Assembly: GCF_018350175.1 (NCBI RefSeq)
Contig: NC_058368.1
Location: 5,456,001 to 5,520,000, forward strand
Length of the DNA: 64,000 nucleotides
Direction: 5' to 3'
Origin: Felis catus
Taxonomy: Eukaryota
Below are positions 1 to 13,486 of this stretch, piece by piece (position 1 is the stretch's first letter; every line of letters begins with the position of its first letter). Both the position numbers and the translations under genes were made by a program. The notes under the pieces were generated by a model. The model was given only the letters and a program-made list of their open reading frames with translations, did not search any database and was not told the DNA's origin.

Positions 1-2902
1 ACGGCCCACGACAGCTGTAACGAGAATGTGGGCAGAGCCCCGGTGGGACCTCGACTTGTGTCCAGTTAGAAACCAAAGAACACGGTGCTCATCGAGCTGG
101 GAGCGTGGGGCCCCGGCCGGCAGGGCCAGGGGCATGGTGGGAGTGCTAACGTAGCTCTCTGTCTCCCCCCCCCCCCCATCCCCAGCAAGCTCTGGCCCGC
201 CCTAGTGATTTTCGTTCCCACTTCCAATGGAGAAGTGGGTCAGAGTAACCACAGCACATGCCCACTGACCAGTGATACTTGGCCTCCCAGTGTCGGGGCG
301 ACAGTAGGGACTGGGTGGCACCGTGGCCGGCGTGCATTTGTCGGGGATGGTTGGATGTCGCTTCGCAGGAACCACGGGTCTAGGCCTCCCAGAGACTGTA
401 ATTGTTCAAGAGACACCGGCTGTCAAAGCTCTCGTGGCTTTTAAATTTTGGATAAAAAATTTTTTTTGTCAAATGTGGGATGAATACTTAACCTAAACTC
501 ACCGTGTTGGTTATGTTTCCTGGCCACTCAAATCAATCGTCAGGACCTTTTCTCCAGTTGGGCATAAACTGCTGTGCTTCTGCCTGTAAGCCGGTCTCGG
601 TCTCCTTGGCTGACGCCCTTGTCCGGCTTCCGACGGACTCCTGCTTCTTGAGCCCCGCCGGACTTCGTTCGTGGCACATAAAACTCACGGCAGGTGTGAG
701 GTATCTATTTGCTTCATACCTGTTTCCTCACGAACGCGTAAGCGCCTTGAAGAGAGCTTTTGCAGTTCCGTGCGTGGCTGCGCCCTCACATTTGGCGTCC
801 CACGGCCACTTAATGTGTGAGTGGTCTGCCAAGCTAATGTCTCAAGTGCTTTAACGAACTATGAATAGAAGGCCCTTGTCACCAGACGAGTGCAGTGATG
901 TGCAGAAGGGACGGCAGGAGCAGAGAAGAGATGATTCACGCCAGACAGTGAGCGATTGTTCTGGCCAGGGTCAGGAGTTCAGGAAGCAGCAAATATTCCC
1001 CCCAGAAGGGGTGGCAAGCGTTTTCTCAGCACCTGCTGTATGCTGAGTGATTTGTTTGTTTGCTTTCTTCACCCAGAGGGAGTGGTAAGGAAACTGCCCA
1101 AACGGTTTCTTTTTCCAGTCTTCAACCGGCATTGATTGAGGGGTTACATGATCCACAAAGGACAAGCGGTGGCTGCCGGAAGTTCGCTCTGAGCTCCGCA
1201 GACTTCGGAGGGACTTCTGAGTAGCGGTGTCCCCAGAGAGCCGTGCGGGGTAGTCCAGGGCCAGAGAGGCTCCCTACTCCACCCCCCACCCCCCGTCCCC
1301 CCCCCCCCAGGCGTTCAGACCAGTACTTACAGGGAACGGTAGGTTGCTCTTGAGCCAAAGAGCCACCTGTCTGTACGCAAAGTCAAAATGAAGTATCTGC
1401 TGTCCCCCAGTCACAGACCCCTCCCCGCGTTCTCCCACATCCGTTTCCCAGCCACTGGCCTCTTTTAGCAGGCCAGACAGACGCTGGCTACCCTCCCCAT
1501 CTCCTCTCTTGCCCTCTGACCATTCACCAGACACCACGCATCCTTCTCGTGAAATGCGTTTCCTGGTTTTGTCTCTGTGACCCCAGTCAGAGGTTAGACT
1601 CTCATCATCTGAAGGCTCCTTGCTGGTCCGTTTCCCGTCCCACTCCGTCATCTCTGCTGTCGGTGGGTGAACATCTGAGTGTGGTATTTTTATATGTAGA
1701 AGCCGTTGCTTTGCATTTGGGTGTACAAATGGTTCCTTCTGTCCTCCCAGCCTCGCCACCCCCCCGGCACCTTCCCAGCTGTGCCTGTGGTTCCCCAGCC
1801 TTACAGGCCTGCGTCGGTACCCGCTGCCCACAGTGGTCTTTGGCTGTCGTGTGCCATTGTCTCCTTCCTTTGCTCTGGGCCTCTCCACCCCTACAAACCT
1901 GTGCACATAACAAGCTCTTAATGGCTAAAGATTGATTAAAGGTTTTTCTTTTTTTGTTCTATATTTCAATGTAAACTTCTGTCTCCGTGACCTTGAATCC
2001 TTGTCAGTCTGTGTAGACAAGAGAATGGTGAGGGGTGTTCCAGCCTGACTCCCGGCCTGCCCCCTCCCCCCCAGTTTGTTAATGGATTCTGCACAACTGG
2101 GGAAGCCTTCTGGCCAGGCGTATGTGCTGAGAGTTCCTCCTTGCCCAGTCATCAGTGTGGTGATCTCCAGTGGAAATGGGACTTATTCTACACATTTTTG
2201 CTTATTTGGTTTTATTTTAAAAATCCATATGTAATAAAATACACCACTGATTTCACCAACTGGTGACTATCCTCTAGAAAGTATTCCCAGTTTTAAATGT
2301 GCTACCATTGTTCCACATAAACACGACATATTTTCCTAACATAGCAGGGGATTTGTATACAGCTGTTCTTTCCTCTCGCATAACTCTCTCTCTCCCCCCG
2401 ACTCCTACTGATTCAAGGAAAATCGAAGAGGTCCCACTGGTAGGTGCTTTCCAGAACTTGTCTGAGGTGGCTCAGCCACAGCCGGGGCGCTGTGGGTGGT
2501 GGGCCAGTCTCAGCAATTTGTGTGTCGTCTTTTTGCTCCAGTAGGTCCTAGTGGTGAGCCAAAGATCACAGTGTCTTCGCGTGGCTAGAGCCTTCATGAT
2601 TCCCTGTTCGCTACCTCACACAGACCACAGCTGCCTCATGTGGATTTGGGATTTTTTTTTTTTTTTATACTGTCATGTGCTGTTTGCATGAGTCACACAC
2701 AGCCTGGGCACATTGTAATTCCTCTGAGAGTTAAGAAGGTTTTAGGAGTAGGAAGTGTAGTGGCTGTAATGTTGAAATACTAAAGTTAAAACTTTGAGTC
2801 CTTAAGGGCAGGAAATTAACTAGTTAAGATTATTATGTTCATTTTCCTACACGGCACCTGTAAGGGTTATTCAAAAAGTGAGCATATGGTTTTAAGGAAT
2901 TG

Positions 2903-3062
2903 GGCAAACCGTAAGAGACTCTTGGGTACCGAGAACAAACTGAGGGTTGATGGGGGTTGGGGGAGAGGGGAAAGTGGGTGATGGGCAGTGAGGGGGGCGC
3001 TTGTCGGCAGGAGCACTGGGTGTCGTATGGAAACCAGTTTGGCAATAAGTTACATAAAAAAT
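2903..3062 (+). mobile_element. L1 (felid/carnivore type) 3' UTR fragment
   Basis: aagagactctt..gagaacaaactgagggttgatgggg..gagcactgggtgtcgtatggaaaccagtttggcaataa, followed by an A-rich end. Confidence 0.8.
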
Positions 3063-4454
3063 TGGTTTTATTGTAAAGCAAGGGAGTAGTTCAGAAATTG
3101 AAATGACTTTGCGCTACTTACGCTATGCTTTCTGTGATGACTTAGCAGATACCGGCATTCGTCACTTGAGCCAAATGTGGATCTTTGGTTTGCTGTTGGT
3201 ACCTTATCTTTCCATGTAAGATGGCACTCTGTCTTCCTTTGCTAAAGTTTATGTGACATAATTAATCACGCGGTTCATTTCAACTACTTTGCAAATTTTA
3301 ATTGTCTGGAGATGATTTTCTGCAGTAGTTTCTTTTTAACCGTATAAACATGATCACCGTTGTGTTTGGTCCGGGCACTTTAACTCTAAGTGTCGAGCAG
3401 ATTTTAGAGATAGCTAATAGGTGATAGCTATGAATACGCCAAAGGTTAAAAATTTAAATCCCCAAAGGTCAGAAAATTAATTAAGTTAAAGTGTTTGTGT
3501 TCATAGTAAAATTACTCCTGGTTAGTGTGATATTAACCGTGGCAGTGATTCATTGTGTCTCTGAAGTCTCCGGTGACTCCCAGAGATCCAGTCTGGACAA
3601 ACGTGTGACAAGCAATCGTTCGTGGAATTATGGAGGGTCATTTTATACACAGCTGAACGATCACTGACAAATGCTGATTTTGCATTCTTCTTGCAGGAGG
3701 GTCACACTTTGAAATCATTTTCTTAGAGGAAAAGGGTTATCTACTTTAAGAAGAATTCCACATTTTAACAAATTGAAAAAAAAATATTGGCAGTCCATAT
3801 TCAAATAGCAATGCTTTTTAGAGCATATAAATTATTTTTGAGATCTCATTATATATAGCCATTCAGGAATATATTTGTTTAGCATGTAAGACGATTCCTG
3901 GTACTAAAATCAAAATCCAGCTTTTTGAATAAAGTAAGCCTATTAGGTTTGCTATTTAATATCCTTTGTGATAATGAAAGTACATGTTTTCAGGGAATTC
4001 TTTAACCTGAATGATTTGAGCTCAGTCATAACTGTTAGTCAAATGGTCTTCCAATAAATAGCAGTGATTGCAGTCTTCAGACATTTTCTAGGCCCTGAAG
4101 GCTAAAAATAAGTGGACAATAAATGGTAAATGGTCCCCCCCCACACACACACACTTTAAATAAATGGTACTTGTTCATTTACAGCTGCGGCCAGTTTTCT
4201 GCCATATTCCCCACCTCCTGAGTCCCCCTTCTCACACTGTCTGGGATGCCTTTCCACGAAAACGTGGGTCTTCTAGATATGAGAGATGTAAAAAGAAGAA
4301 ATTGAAAAGTAGGATATCCCAGCTCTCCTGAAGAGGGGTTCTTGGGGCTTATCAGCCTGCACAAGAACGGCCCCTGTGTACTCCCTGAATTATTCCACTT
4401 TGCTTACTTGTGTGTCTTAAAATCCCCCCAGACAGAATTCGTTTAATTCATTAA

Positions 4455-5500
4455 GCATTAGGAAACAGTCAACACCACTAGTCATTAGGGAAATGCAAAT
4501 GAAAACCACTAAATCTGACACTGCACGCCCACGAGAAGGGCTGAAATCGAAAAGACTGATGGTGCCCGTGTGGACAAGGATTGCGGGGAGCAGCCAGGGC
4601 GTGCACGTGGGCCTGGGAAGAAGGCGAAGTGCCTCAGCCGTGTCTTTTTAAGTCGGAAACAGCCCCTCCCGGTCTCTTTAAAGTTAGATGAACACTTGGG
4701 GCGCCTGGGTGGCTCAGTCGGTTGAGTGTCCGACTTCAGCTCAAGTCATATCTCGCAGTTCATGAGTTCAAGCCCTGCATCGGTCTCTGTGCTGATGGCT
4801 CAGAGCTTGGAGCCTGCTTCAGATTCTGTGTGTCTCTCTCTCTGCCCCTTCTCTGCTCATGCTCTGTCTCTCAAAAATGAGTAAATGTTAAAAAAAAAAA
4901 ATTAAAGTTAGATGAACACTTGCCCTGTGTGTCTGTGTAGGTGGTATGACAGAGTCATTCCAATCTTAGGTGTCTACCCAGGAGAAGTAGGAGTACATGT
5001 CCACACAAAGACTCAAATACTTACACTAGCATTATTCATGATCTCCTAAAAGTGGAAGCAACCCAGATGTGTAATAATGGGTGAGTGAATTAAACAAAAT
5101 GGGGCATATTCATACAGCGGAATACGACTCAGAAACAGAAAGGAATTGATGAGTGCAGAAACACTGGACAGATCGCAAAGCCTTAGGCTAGATGAATAGG
5201 CCAGACAGAAGACACTGTGAACTCTGATTCTATTTATATGGCATCTGCAAAAAGGCAAAACTATAGTGACAGAGTGGATTAAGGATTGCTAGGGAATGGG
5301 TTGGGGGTGGGGTGGGGGTGGGGTTGCCTGCAGAATGGCAGGACGGAACGTTTTTAGGGTAATGGAAATGTTCTGTGTGTTGGTTATGGACGGAGTCACA
5401 TGACTGCGTACCTTTGCCGAAACTCCTTGAATTGTGCATTTAAAATGGGTCAACCTTATATTAATTATAGCTCAATGAAGTCGATTAACCAAAACAAAAC
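4455..5500 (+). mobile_element. Old L1M ORF2-end/3' UTR fragment interrupted by a Can-SINE
   Basis: cattagggaaatgcaaatgaaaacca; aaagtggaagcaacccagatgt; ggcaaaactatagtgacag are typical L1M 3' segments. Confidence 0.75.
4698..4901 (+). mobile_element. Can-SINE (SINEC_Fc-type)
   Basis: GGGGCGCCTGGGTGGCTCAGTCGG head, CT-rich region, A tail; 20-bp TSD TTAAAGTTAGATGAACACTT at 4678-4697 and 4902-4921. Confidence 0.95.
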
Positions 5501-7254
5501 CTCTGTAGAGGCTTGTCTGTTACTGTGAATTCAGTAAATTGAGTTGGTTTACTCTCCGAAGATAAAAAATTTTTTTTTTTTTTTGTCAGCAATAGAACAT
5601 TTTGTGGGAGGTGGAGATGGCCAGTGTCGAGAAATGCTTGATGGGGGTGACAATAAGAGGTGACTTGAGGGTACCAGACAGGTACTTGGGTACATGGAGG
5701 CAAGAGGCCAAATTATCTCTTAAGAAGGTTTGCCCAGTGCCTGTGAAATAGCATCCTATCCTCCTTGAAATTATTAGCATTCTAGGAAATCCTTGAAACA
5801 TTACACACTTCACAGAGATTCCTCTTACTTTTTAATGAACCTCGTTTAGAGGTATTCATAGATTAGAACAAAGCAACATCCAGAGCAGAAAGGTATCAGC
5901 TCTCCAGGCATCAACAGCTGCCAGTAGGGGCCATGAGTCACTATCGTGTCTTCCCAGCCTTGACTTTCTTTACTTGCCTGTCGTGGGTTTGCTGGGTTTG
6001 TGCTTTGTCTTTTAAGTGTTACAAACTTTCATATCCATTAGGATTTATAAATGCCAAGGTATCGTGCGTGTTAATGCTGTCAGGAAACAAGTGTGATTAT
6101 ATTGGAAGCGAAAATGATAGTAAAATAAAGGAAGTGGCAAGAATAAGAAGAATGCTGCTGTGGCTGGTCTGACAGTCTGGACAGTGGGAATGGGTGAAAG
6201 AATGGTACAATGCAGTGGCGAGAGAAGTCACATATGACAGTGGGCAAGAGACAAGAAAAATAGGCGGCTGGAATGGAAAAACAACAAAACCTTTTTGAAC
6301 CCATGGTCTAGAGGATGAGCATCACCATTAGATACTCATTAGCCCGAGGTTAATCCAGGAGAAGGGAGTTTGTTCTCGAAGGCGTAGTATGATTTGGCTG
6401 AATTGCTGCTCGTGAAACTTGAACCATCCTGGCTTTCAGCATGGTCAGCTCTGAGCCCGTTGGAATTTGCAGAACATCAAAGTGGGGTCTGAGGCAGCTG
6501 CTGCTACCTCAGCGTCTACGAAATTCCTCTCGACACTTGCCAAGCTCACGGAGGGAGAGGGTTACCTACCTCGACATTTTTCAGTGTTGCTGGAACGGTT
6601 TCATTTTGAGGAAAGATTCCTGCTATCTGCAGATCGGTAGAAATGCATCCAGATTCTAGAAATCTTCATCTTTCTGGGTTGATTAAACCCGGGGTGATTA
6701 ACCGGAGAGCCACCTTTCAGATCCCACCTGCGCATAAATTCAGATTGAACTTCAGCTGTACTTCAGATGAACCTGTGATCTGTGAGCAGACAACCATTTC
6801 CTGAGATCAAGGGTAGCACTGTCTATGGTGTTTATATAATTTAAAAAAAAACCTGAAAATGGAAAGGCCAGCGTAGAGCTTACTGATAAGAAATGCAGGG
6901 CTCCCAGTACAGCTCAACCAAGGGAGCGGTGAGTGTTTGGTGCACCTACAGGAACGGTCTGTAGTTGCACTCACTCGCTTTTGGCTATAAACCGTGTGTG
7001 TTTTTAATTGCAAAGGAAAATAAAATTGTAGAACATGTATGAAAACCTGGAAATAGATTGTTTAATATTAATGCCTAAAAGGCAAATTCTAGCGAAGAGT
7101 TTTGGAATGTTCTGTATCTTTCTGGGAATGAAACTTCTAGTCCCAACTCCCCGTGCCCCTCATAACAGCTAAGTCCATTGTAACTTTCAGTAATTGGTTT
7201 TTTATTAAAATAAGAGACTGCAGTATAAAGTTTAGCGACTAGGCTAAATAGGCA

Positions 7255-7382
7255 TTAACAGGCCCTGGGATCCAACCACAATTTGTAACATCGTTCCTTT
7301 GGGAAAATAGATTCTAAGTGCCCAATAACCGACTTACAAATAGACTTTTGAATCATAGTCCATTTGAGAATAAGGAACTGTT
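7255..7382 (-). mobile_element. Tigger-like (TcMar) DNA transposon terminal fragment, possibly Tigger15a
   Basis: Reverse strand reads aaaagtctatttgtaagtcggtt..cttagaatctattttccca..gatgttacaaattgtggttggatcccaggg, resembling the recalled Tigger15a end. Confidence 0.45.
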
Positions 7383-7727
7383 TGTGATAGTAATACCTTC
7401 GATTGGCTTGCTTGAGAACTGCACAGAAGGGACCTATATTCTGCCACACATGTGCAATGAACCCAACCAGTCTGGGTTTGATCAAAGATTATTGCTGAGT
7501 GGGCATTGGAAGGAACTGAAGTGGAGGCTGGAGACAAGTCAAGGGCGGAGTTGGGAGGATGGGGAGTTAGGAGAGGTTTTAGTGGGAGGGAAGGTTTTCA
7601 ATCTCAAAGGCAAAGGTGCGATTCCGTGTAGATGAAGTGAGAGAACAGGACGGTTTGGACAGGAGCGGCGGTTAGGAGTAGAGAGCGTGGCAGGCAAAAG
7701 GAATAAGAAGGATCAACCAGAAGACAG

Positions 7728-7935
7728 CCTCTTAATGATAGAGAACAAGCTGAGGGTTACTGGAGGGGAGGGGCAGGGGGATGGGCTAAATTGGCGATGG
7801 GTATTAAGGAGGGCAGTTGTGATGAGCCCTGGGTGTTGTATGTAAATGATGAATCATTGGGTTCTACACCTGAAACTAATATTATACCGTACGTTGACTA
7901 ACTGGAATTTAAATAAAAACTTGGAAAAAAGGGAA
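7728..7935 (+). mobile_element. L1 (carnivore) 3' UTR fragment
   Basis: gagaacaagctgagggttactggagggg..gatgggtattaaggagggc..ctacacctgaaactaatatta..aactggaatttaaataaaaa. Confidence 0.85.
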
Positions 7936-8342
7936 AGGAAAATGTACCAGGAAGGCCAAATGGCCCACATAGTAACAGTCATGTTTGGTTCAGTCTCTGC
8001 CAAGGGAAAACGTGACTGCTACGTTTCTACGGTTTGCAGTTCAACTCGGCCAAGGGGTCATCATTCACTTCCACGGGCATCTCCTGCTCCAAGAGGCCTT
8101 GTCCTGCCTCCCCTCTCCCTGCGCCCCCGTATTAGCAGCCTTCTCTTCCACGTTAGGTACTAAGCGCGGATCTGTCCTACGGCTGCTATGTTAGGAGGCT
8201 CATTCCAGGCAGTAAACGTGATGGCAGTTGTCGTGGGCTCCGTCTGTGTGTTGCCTTGGTCACAGGCCACGTCTTTCCGTATCCAAATCCATTATGCCAA
8301 GAGAAGTGCTGCATCACCGGTGGGCTCAAGGGGTCGTCTTTT

Positions 8343-8747
8343 GTCTTAGCTTGGTCTGCTGGCCCCAAAACTGGGTGGCTTAACCAACAGAAATCTATTC
8401 CTCGTGGTTCTGAAGGCTGGGAAGTCTAAGATCAAGGTGCCGGCAGATCCATTGGCTCCAAGGACATTGGATCCAAGGGCTCTCCTCCGGGTTTGTGGAG
8501 AAGCTGTCTTCAGCTGTGTCCTCCCGTGGCCGGAGGGGGGAGAGTGGGCGGGGTAGAGAGAGAGAGGAAGGGAGAGAAGGAAGAGACTCCCTCGTCCCTT
8601 CTAGTAAGGGCACTGATCTCATTGGGAGTGCCTCCCCCTCGTGACCTAGTTACCTCCCAAAGGCCCCACCTCCAGATAACCATCACATTGGGGATTAGAG
8701 TTTCAACATATGAGTTTTGGGGAGATACACACATTGAGTCCACAGCA
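8343..8747 (-). mobile_element. MLT1 (ERVL-MaLR) solo LTR
   Basis: ctgggtggcttaa..aacagaaat..ggctgggaagtctaagatcaaggtgccggcag..aggccccacctcc..catcacattggggattag..caacatatgagttttgggg. Confidence 0.85.
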
Positions 8748-9827
8748 CTTTTCCCGGTTCGACTTGGAAACCTGTCAACTCCGTGTCATCCATGTTTCCC
8801 AGGCCACTGTGGGCGGTGGTATACGAGGCTCTCAGGAAGACAGGCCATGTGTGCGACTCTGTGTCCCTGCCTGCCACTGTTGAAACTCCAGCTCCCTTTC
8901 GGGTCCTTCCCTATAACTGCTTGACTGATTGTGGGGGCAAGGGGAGGGCTGTCTGTGTCTGAGGAGCATGGTTTCCTCATTAACCGTATTTCTGCCATTC
9001 CCATTCTCAGTGCTTGGCACCCTCCCTGCTCATGCCCCAGAGCCTCTCACGCTCGCGGGCGGTCAGCTGCCAACCCTTAGGCTGAGGAAGAAGGCTCCAG
9101 TCTGTCTTTATGAACAGGACAGAAATAACCCTAAGTGGAGAAAGTACCCTCCATAATCTTAACTGCTGTCGCGTATCTCCATTTGTACTGTGCCCCCTTA
9201 AAACACAGCCACAGGCAGGGGTCTCCTCATCTCAGGGATTTGAATTCTTCAACCTTTTCCTCCATAAGTCCAGGGGGTGGGGTGGCAGCGAGGGTAAGTT
9301 TCGCTGGGCTAGACGGTGCCTCCACGACAGTATTGGCACGTTGTCCGAGGACCAGTTCTATACATCTTGCCTCGTCCCTTTCAGTAAGATATTTTCCAGG
9401 AGGTTTTTCTGTGCCCCCCGCATCGACCTCTGGCCAGCACCCTCTCCAGAATTGCCCAGACTTGTCTGAGTTTCCTGGTGAACACACCCAGGCCGCCACA
9501 CTGGGATTTCCCTGAGTGGGTGGGATTTTCTTCTTTCCACCCAGATTCTAAAGGGCAGGCTGTTGGCACACACAAGGTAAACGTAGATGTTTTGTCTGAG
9601 ATTCAGAATTATGCAACTAATCAAGAGTTAAAAAAAAATGTGTAAAGTTTCCTTTATTTTTACTGAAAGTCAACTTTTATTCTTAGGGCACTGTTCTATC
9701 AATTATGCTTATGTCACTACGCTGACAAAGAAGGCGTTGTCAGCAGCAATGACATTTATTCACTGCCCAAAGTAGCCCAGCTGTGTATCTTCCTAGATGT
9801 AGGGTAGTAACCAGAGGAAGAATGGGC

Positions 9828-10055
9828 TTCATTGAGTGCTTATTATCTGCCAAGCTCAGTGTTAAGCAGGTTGCCCTGATTAGCTCATTTGTTTATAACA
9901 AAAGTGCTGTGAGGTAAGTATTCTTAGCCCCATGTTTACACTTGAGAATTGTTGTTTAAAGAGGTTAAGTAACCCGCCCAGGGTCACAGAGGTAATAAGT
10001 GGAGAGCTGGGACCAGTCCCTGGACCATCTGACTCCAGAAGGGGACTCTAGGCCA
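9828..10055 (-). mobile_element. MIR SINE
   Basis: cattgagtgcttat..ctgtgaggtaagtatt..agaggttaagtaacccgcccagggtcacag..aagtggagagctggga..tctgactccag (MIR core). Confidence 0.8.
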
Positions 10056-11103
10056 CAATTATGCCTCAAATACATCTTTCTGATAAGTGTTGTTGGAAGT
10101 CTCTTACTAAGAATGAAAACTGAGCAGTAAGACAGTAGAACCTGTTTTCCACTTTGTGGTAGTAGCTGATGCTCAGTTTAACTAGCGGTGGAAAGATTCC
10201 TGTCCATTTGACACATTTCTTGAAGACGGTAATTTATGTTATGTGGATAAATGATGTGTAAATGTAGCTTAATAGCCAAAGGACAGTCGTCCAGACGATA
10301 ATTTCAGCAGACTTTTGTGTTTCCCCAATTCATTTAAACCATATATTTTTGTGAGCCAGAGACTTTATTCTCCTGTTTGAAGCAGATATCCTACTCGTAG
10401 TCATAAATTCACTGGGAAGTCAGACATACTTTTTTGTTTTTAATCCAAAGAATGATTCTATGCTTTAATTCTATCTGATAAGAGACATCACACCAAGGTG
10501 CTTATTTAGGCTGGTACTAATATCTTAAAACATATTATTTTAAAGTGTTTAATTTGATTAAGTATTTTCTGGAACATGAAAAACATGATCAGTTTGTTTC
10601 TTCTTGTGACGACCCATGGGGAGAAATGGTTTAATCTGAAGATCTCAGCAGAGAAAAGAAATTAATCTTTTGTATTAATTTTATATCCCCTAATACTTTT
10701 TGGAGGCTTTAAAGATTATCTTGTGCAAACTGAGAAATGTTTGCCATTTAAGTTTTAGCACCTTTATCTTTTGGAAATAATAATAAAAAAAAAACACCAC
10801 CACCCATTTGTTTGTATGGAGTCTCCTGTTCTAGAGGCACTGAGAAACTCCATATGGAGTATAAAGGAGTGGGGAGAAAAACTGTCCTCAGAACCTTAGC
10901 AATTAAAATTCCGACGGAGAAGAATTTGGATGCCGTAGTTCAGCCTGGACTGTAACTAGAGTAGGTTATTTTAAATGTCAAATGTAAATATCATTAAAGG
11001 GGATACGTTCATCCATACAACAGACCTAGCAGGCATTCCAGCGAATTCCAGACACACGCCCCATCGGACTCTGTATGCGTTACATTAGAATGGGTATGGC
11101 ACA

Positions 11104-11332
11104 GGGGCGCCTGGGTGGCTCAGTCGGTTGGGCGTCTGACTTTGGATCAGGTCATGATCTCACGATTTGTGAGTTCGAGCCCCGCGTCGGGGTCTGTGCT
11201 GACAGCTCAGAGCCTGGATCCTGCTTGGGATTCTCTGTCTCCTTCTCTCTCTGCCTCTCCCTGACTTGTGCTGTCTCTCTCTGTCTCTCAAAAATAAATA
11301 AATGTAAAAAAGAAAAAATAAAAAAAATAAAA
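11104..11332 (+). mobile_element. Can-SINE about 95 bp upstream of the ATP8A2 acceptor
   Basis: Full head, A and B boxes, CT region, A tail; 16-bp TSD AGAATGGGTATGGCAC at 11087-11102 and 11333-11348. Confidence 0.95.
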
Positions 11333-11382
11333 AGAATGGGTATGGCACTCTGTTTTTGATATATTAAACACCTAAAATTTGA

Positions 11383-11606
<224 letters not shown>

Positions 11607-11734
11607 AGATGCGGACTGGGTGGGGTTCACGTTCCAATGTGGCTGTAACCTGTGCTTTTATTAAAAAACAAAACAAAACAATGCATGGAAATTCTAGGGG
11701 TAAAGTTTCATTCAAAAAAAACACAAGCAAAATA

Positions 11735-12008
11735 GAGGTGCCGGGGTGGCTCAGTCCGTTAAGCATCCAACTCTGGATTTCTACTCAGGTCGTGACCTCA
11801 CAGTTTGTGAGTTAGGGCCCGAGTTGGGCTCTGTGTTGATGGTGTGGAACCTACTTGGGATTCATTCATTCATTCATTCATTCCCTCCCTCCCTCCTTCC
11901 CTCCCTCCCTCCCTCTCTCTCTCTCTCTCTGCCCCTCCCCTGCTTGTACTCATTCTCTCTCTCTCTCTCTCAAAATAAGTAAAAACTTTAAACAGATTAA
12001 AAAAAAGC
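11735..12008 (+). mobile_element. Older Can-SINE with expanded (ATTC)n/(CCCT)n/(CT)n region
   Basis: Diverged head gaggtgccggggtggctcagtccg; TSD CAAGCAAAATA at 11724-11734 and 12009-12019. Confidence 0.9.
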
Positions 12009-13486
12009 CAAGCAAAATAAAAATACTAATTTAACCATCCATTCACAGATTTTAGGTAAGGCAATTAGTGGTTTTTACAGTTTTGTTTGTTGTCTCCTGA
12101 AAACATAATAGAAGAGCTGGGGCCTCCAGTCTTACTCGCCCTGGGAGAGTAACTGGAATAAGTCTGCCCTGAGCAGGTGTGGCAAGGCCCTAGCTACTTG
12201 GTTCTTTGGTTCTGGATGTCTGGGCTCAATCTCCAAGACTCGAGGAATTTGGATGCCTCTTTTCTGACATACAGTAGGTATTTCTATTCAGTAAGGAGGT
12301 TTGGTGGGGGCCACGCTATACCAGCTTTTGCGTTTGGATCCAGCCAGATGACTTTGCTGTTGTCTTTTAAGCTTTCATGTGAATTCCAGTTAGTTGACAC
12401 ACAGTGCTGTATTAGCATTCAGGTGAGGGACTTGGTTGTTTTTTCAGGAAATCTGGGAAGGTTTTTGAGGGTGGGCATTGCTACCTTCCGCGGGCTACTG
12501 GCCATGCGAGGTCCAATTCTGATAGAGATTTGAGGGTCAGGATTATAAAGAAAATACTAGAAAGATGAGCAGCACCACCTTGGTTGTGCAGCAGAAGACT
12601 TGAGAGCTGAGAGGAGAGCTTCCATCTCCGAAACTACTGTCCTTGGGCAGTGCCAAGGACAGTACATGGTTCAGTGCATCGTCCAAATCCTTGGACTAAT
12701 CTGATCTGTGCTTGCTCTTATATTTTAGGGTTACACATTTTTTGTACATTGTTTCCTTGGGTATTTTCTCAGAAATCAGTTATCAGGATGCTTTTAAATT
12801 CCTCACTGCATTGATGCTTCAAGAACGCCTCTTGTGGGTTCAAGCATCGTCCGTTCAGAATAATGGCTGTCGCAGTGACAGTGCTGTCTCTGCCTGACTA
12901 AAAGGCCCTAGTGACATCATCTGCCACACCTCTCTGCCCAGGCCTCTCGTAACACTGCCTGTTTGGGATGGCCGGCAACTCTGGGGGACAGCTACAGGAA
13001 TGTCTCTCCCTTGCCTCTCTAACCTTGCTCCCCACTCTAGTGATTCTTGGGATTCTTCTTGGAGACCAAAAAATCTGTTGCCATTTTCCCGTGAGTACAC
13101 ATACTCAGAACCCTGAACCGTCTTTGGATGCTGATAGTTCTCTATCATTTTATCCTTCTCTCTTGAACCCTTTTTGTAATTTGGAACATGTCATCAAAGG
13201 CCAAGGAGAACTGGGGTGGCGGCCAGTGGGGCCTCCGTGGTGGAGAGGAATGTAGCTGTTGTGCTGTGGTTGTAGGATGTTCAAGGACCCCAGGGTGAGG
13301 AACAGATTCAAATGTGTTTACAACAGTGAATAGGAGCTGCGTGTTACCTCTACGTCCGGAAGCTTGGCACGGTAAGAGGGACCCAGAATAGTGAGGAATG
13401 ACTAAGCATCTGGACGTGAAAGGCCAGGCTTCCGAGTTGTATAACGGTCTCCCTTTCTCTCTCTCTCTCTTTTAAACAATTTTCTT

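Noticed and set aside
1274..1906. Longest ORF in the track (210 aa, - strand) and overlapping ORFs
   Set aside because: No recognisable domain. It is the reverse strand of pyrimidine-rich, probably decayed L2-like sequence, and all frames are similarly open.
3664..3730. Strong-looking cryptic acceptor (ctgac..ctgattttgcattcttcttgcAG at 3695-3696)
   Set aside because: No convincing downstream donor, an early in-frame stop and no ATP8A2-like peptide. Such pseudo-acceptors are common in long introns.
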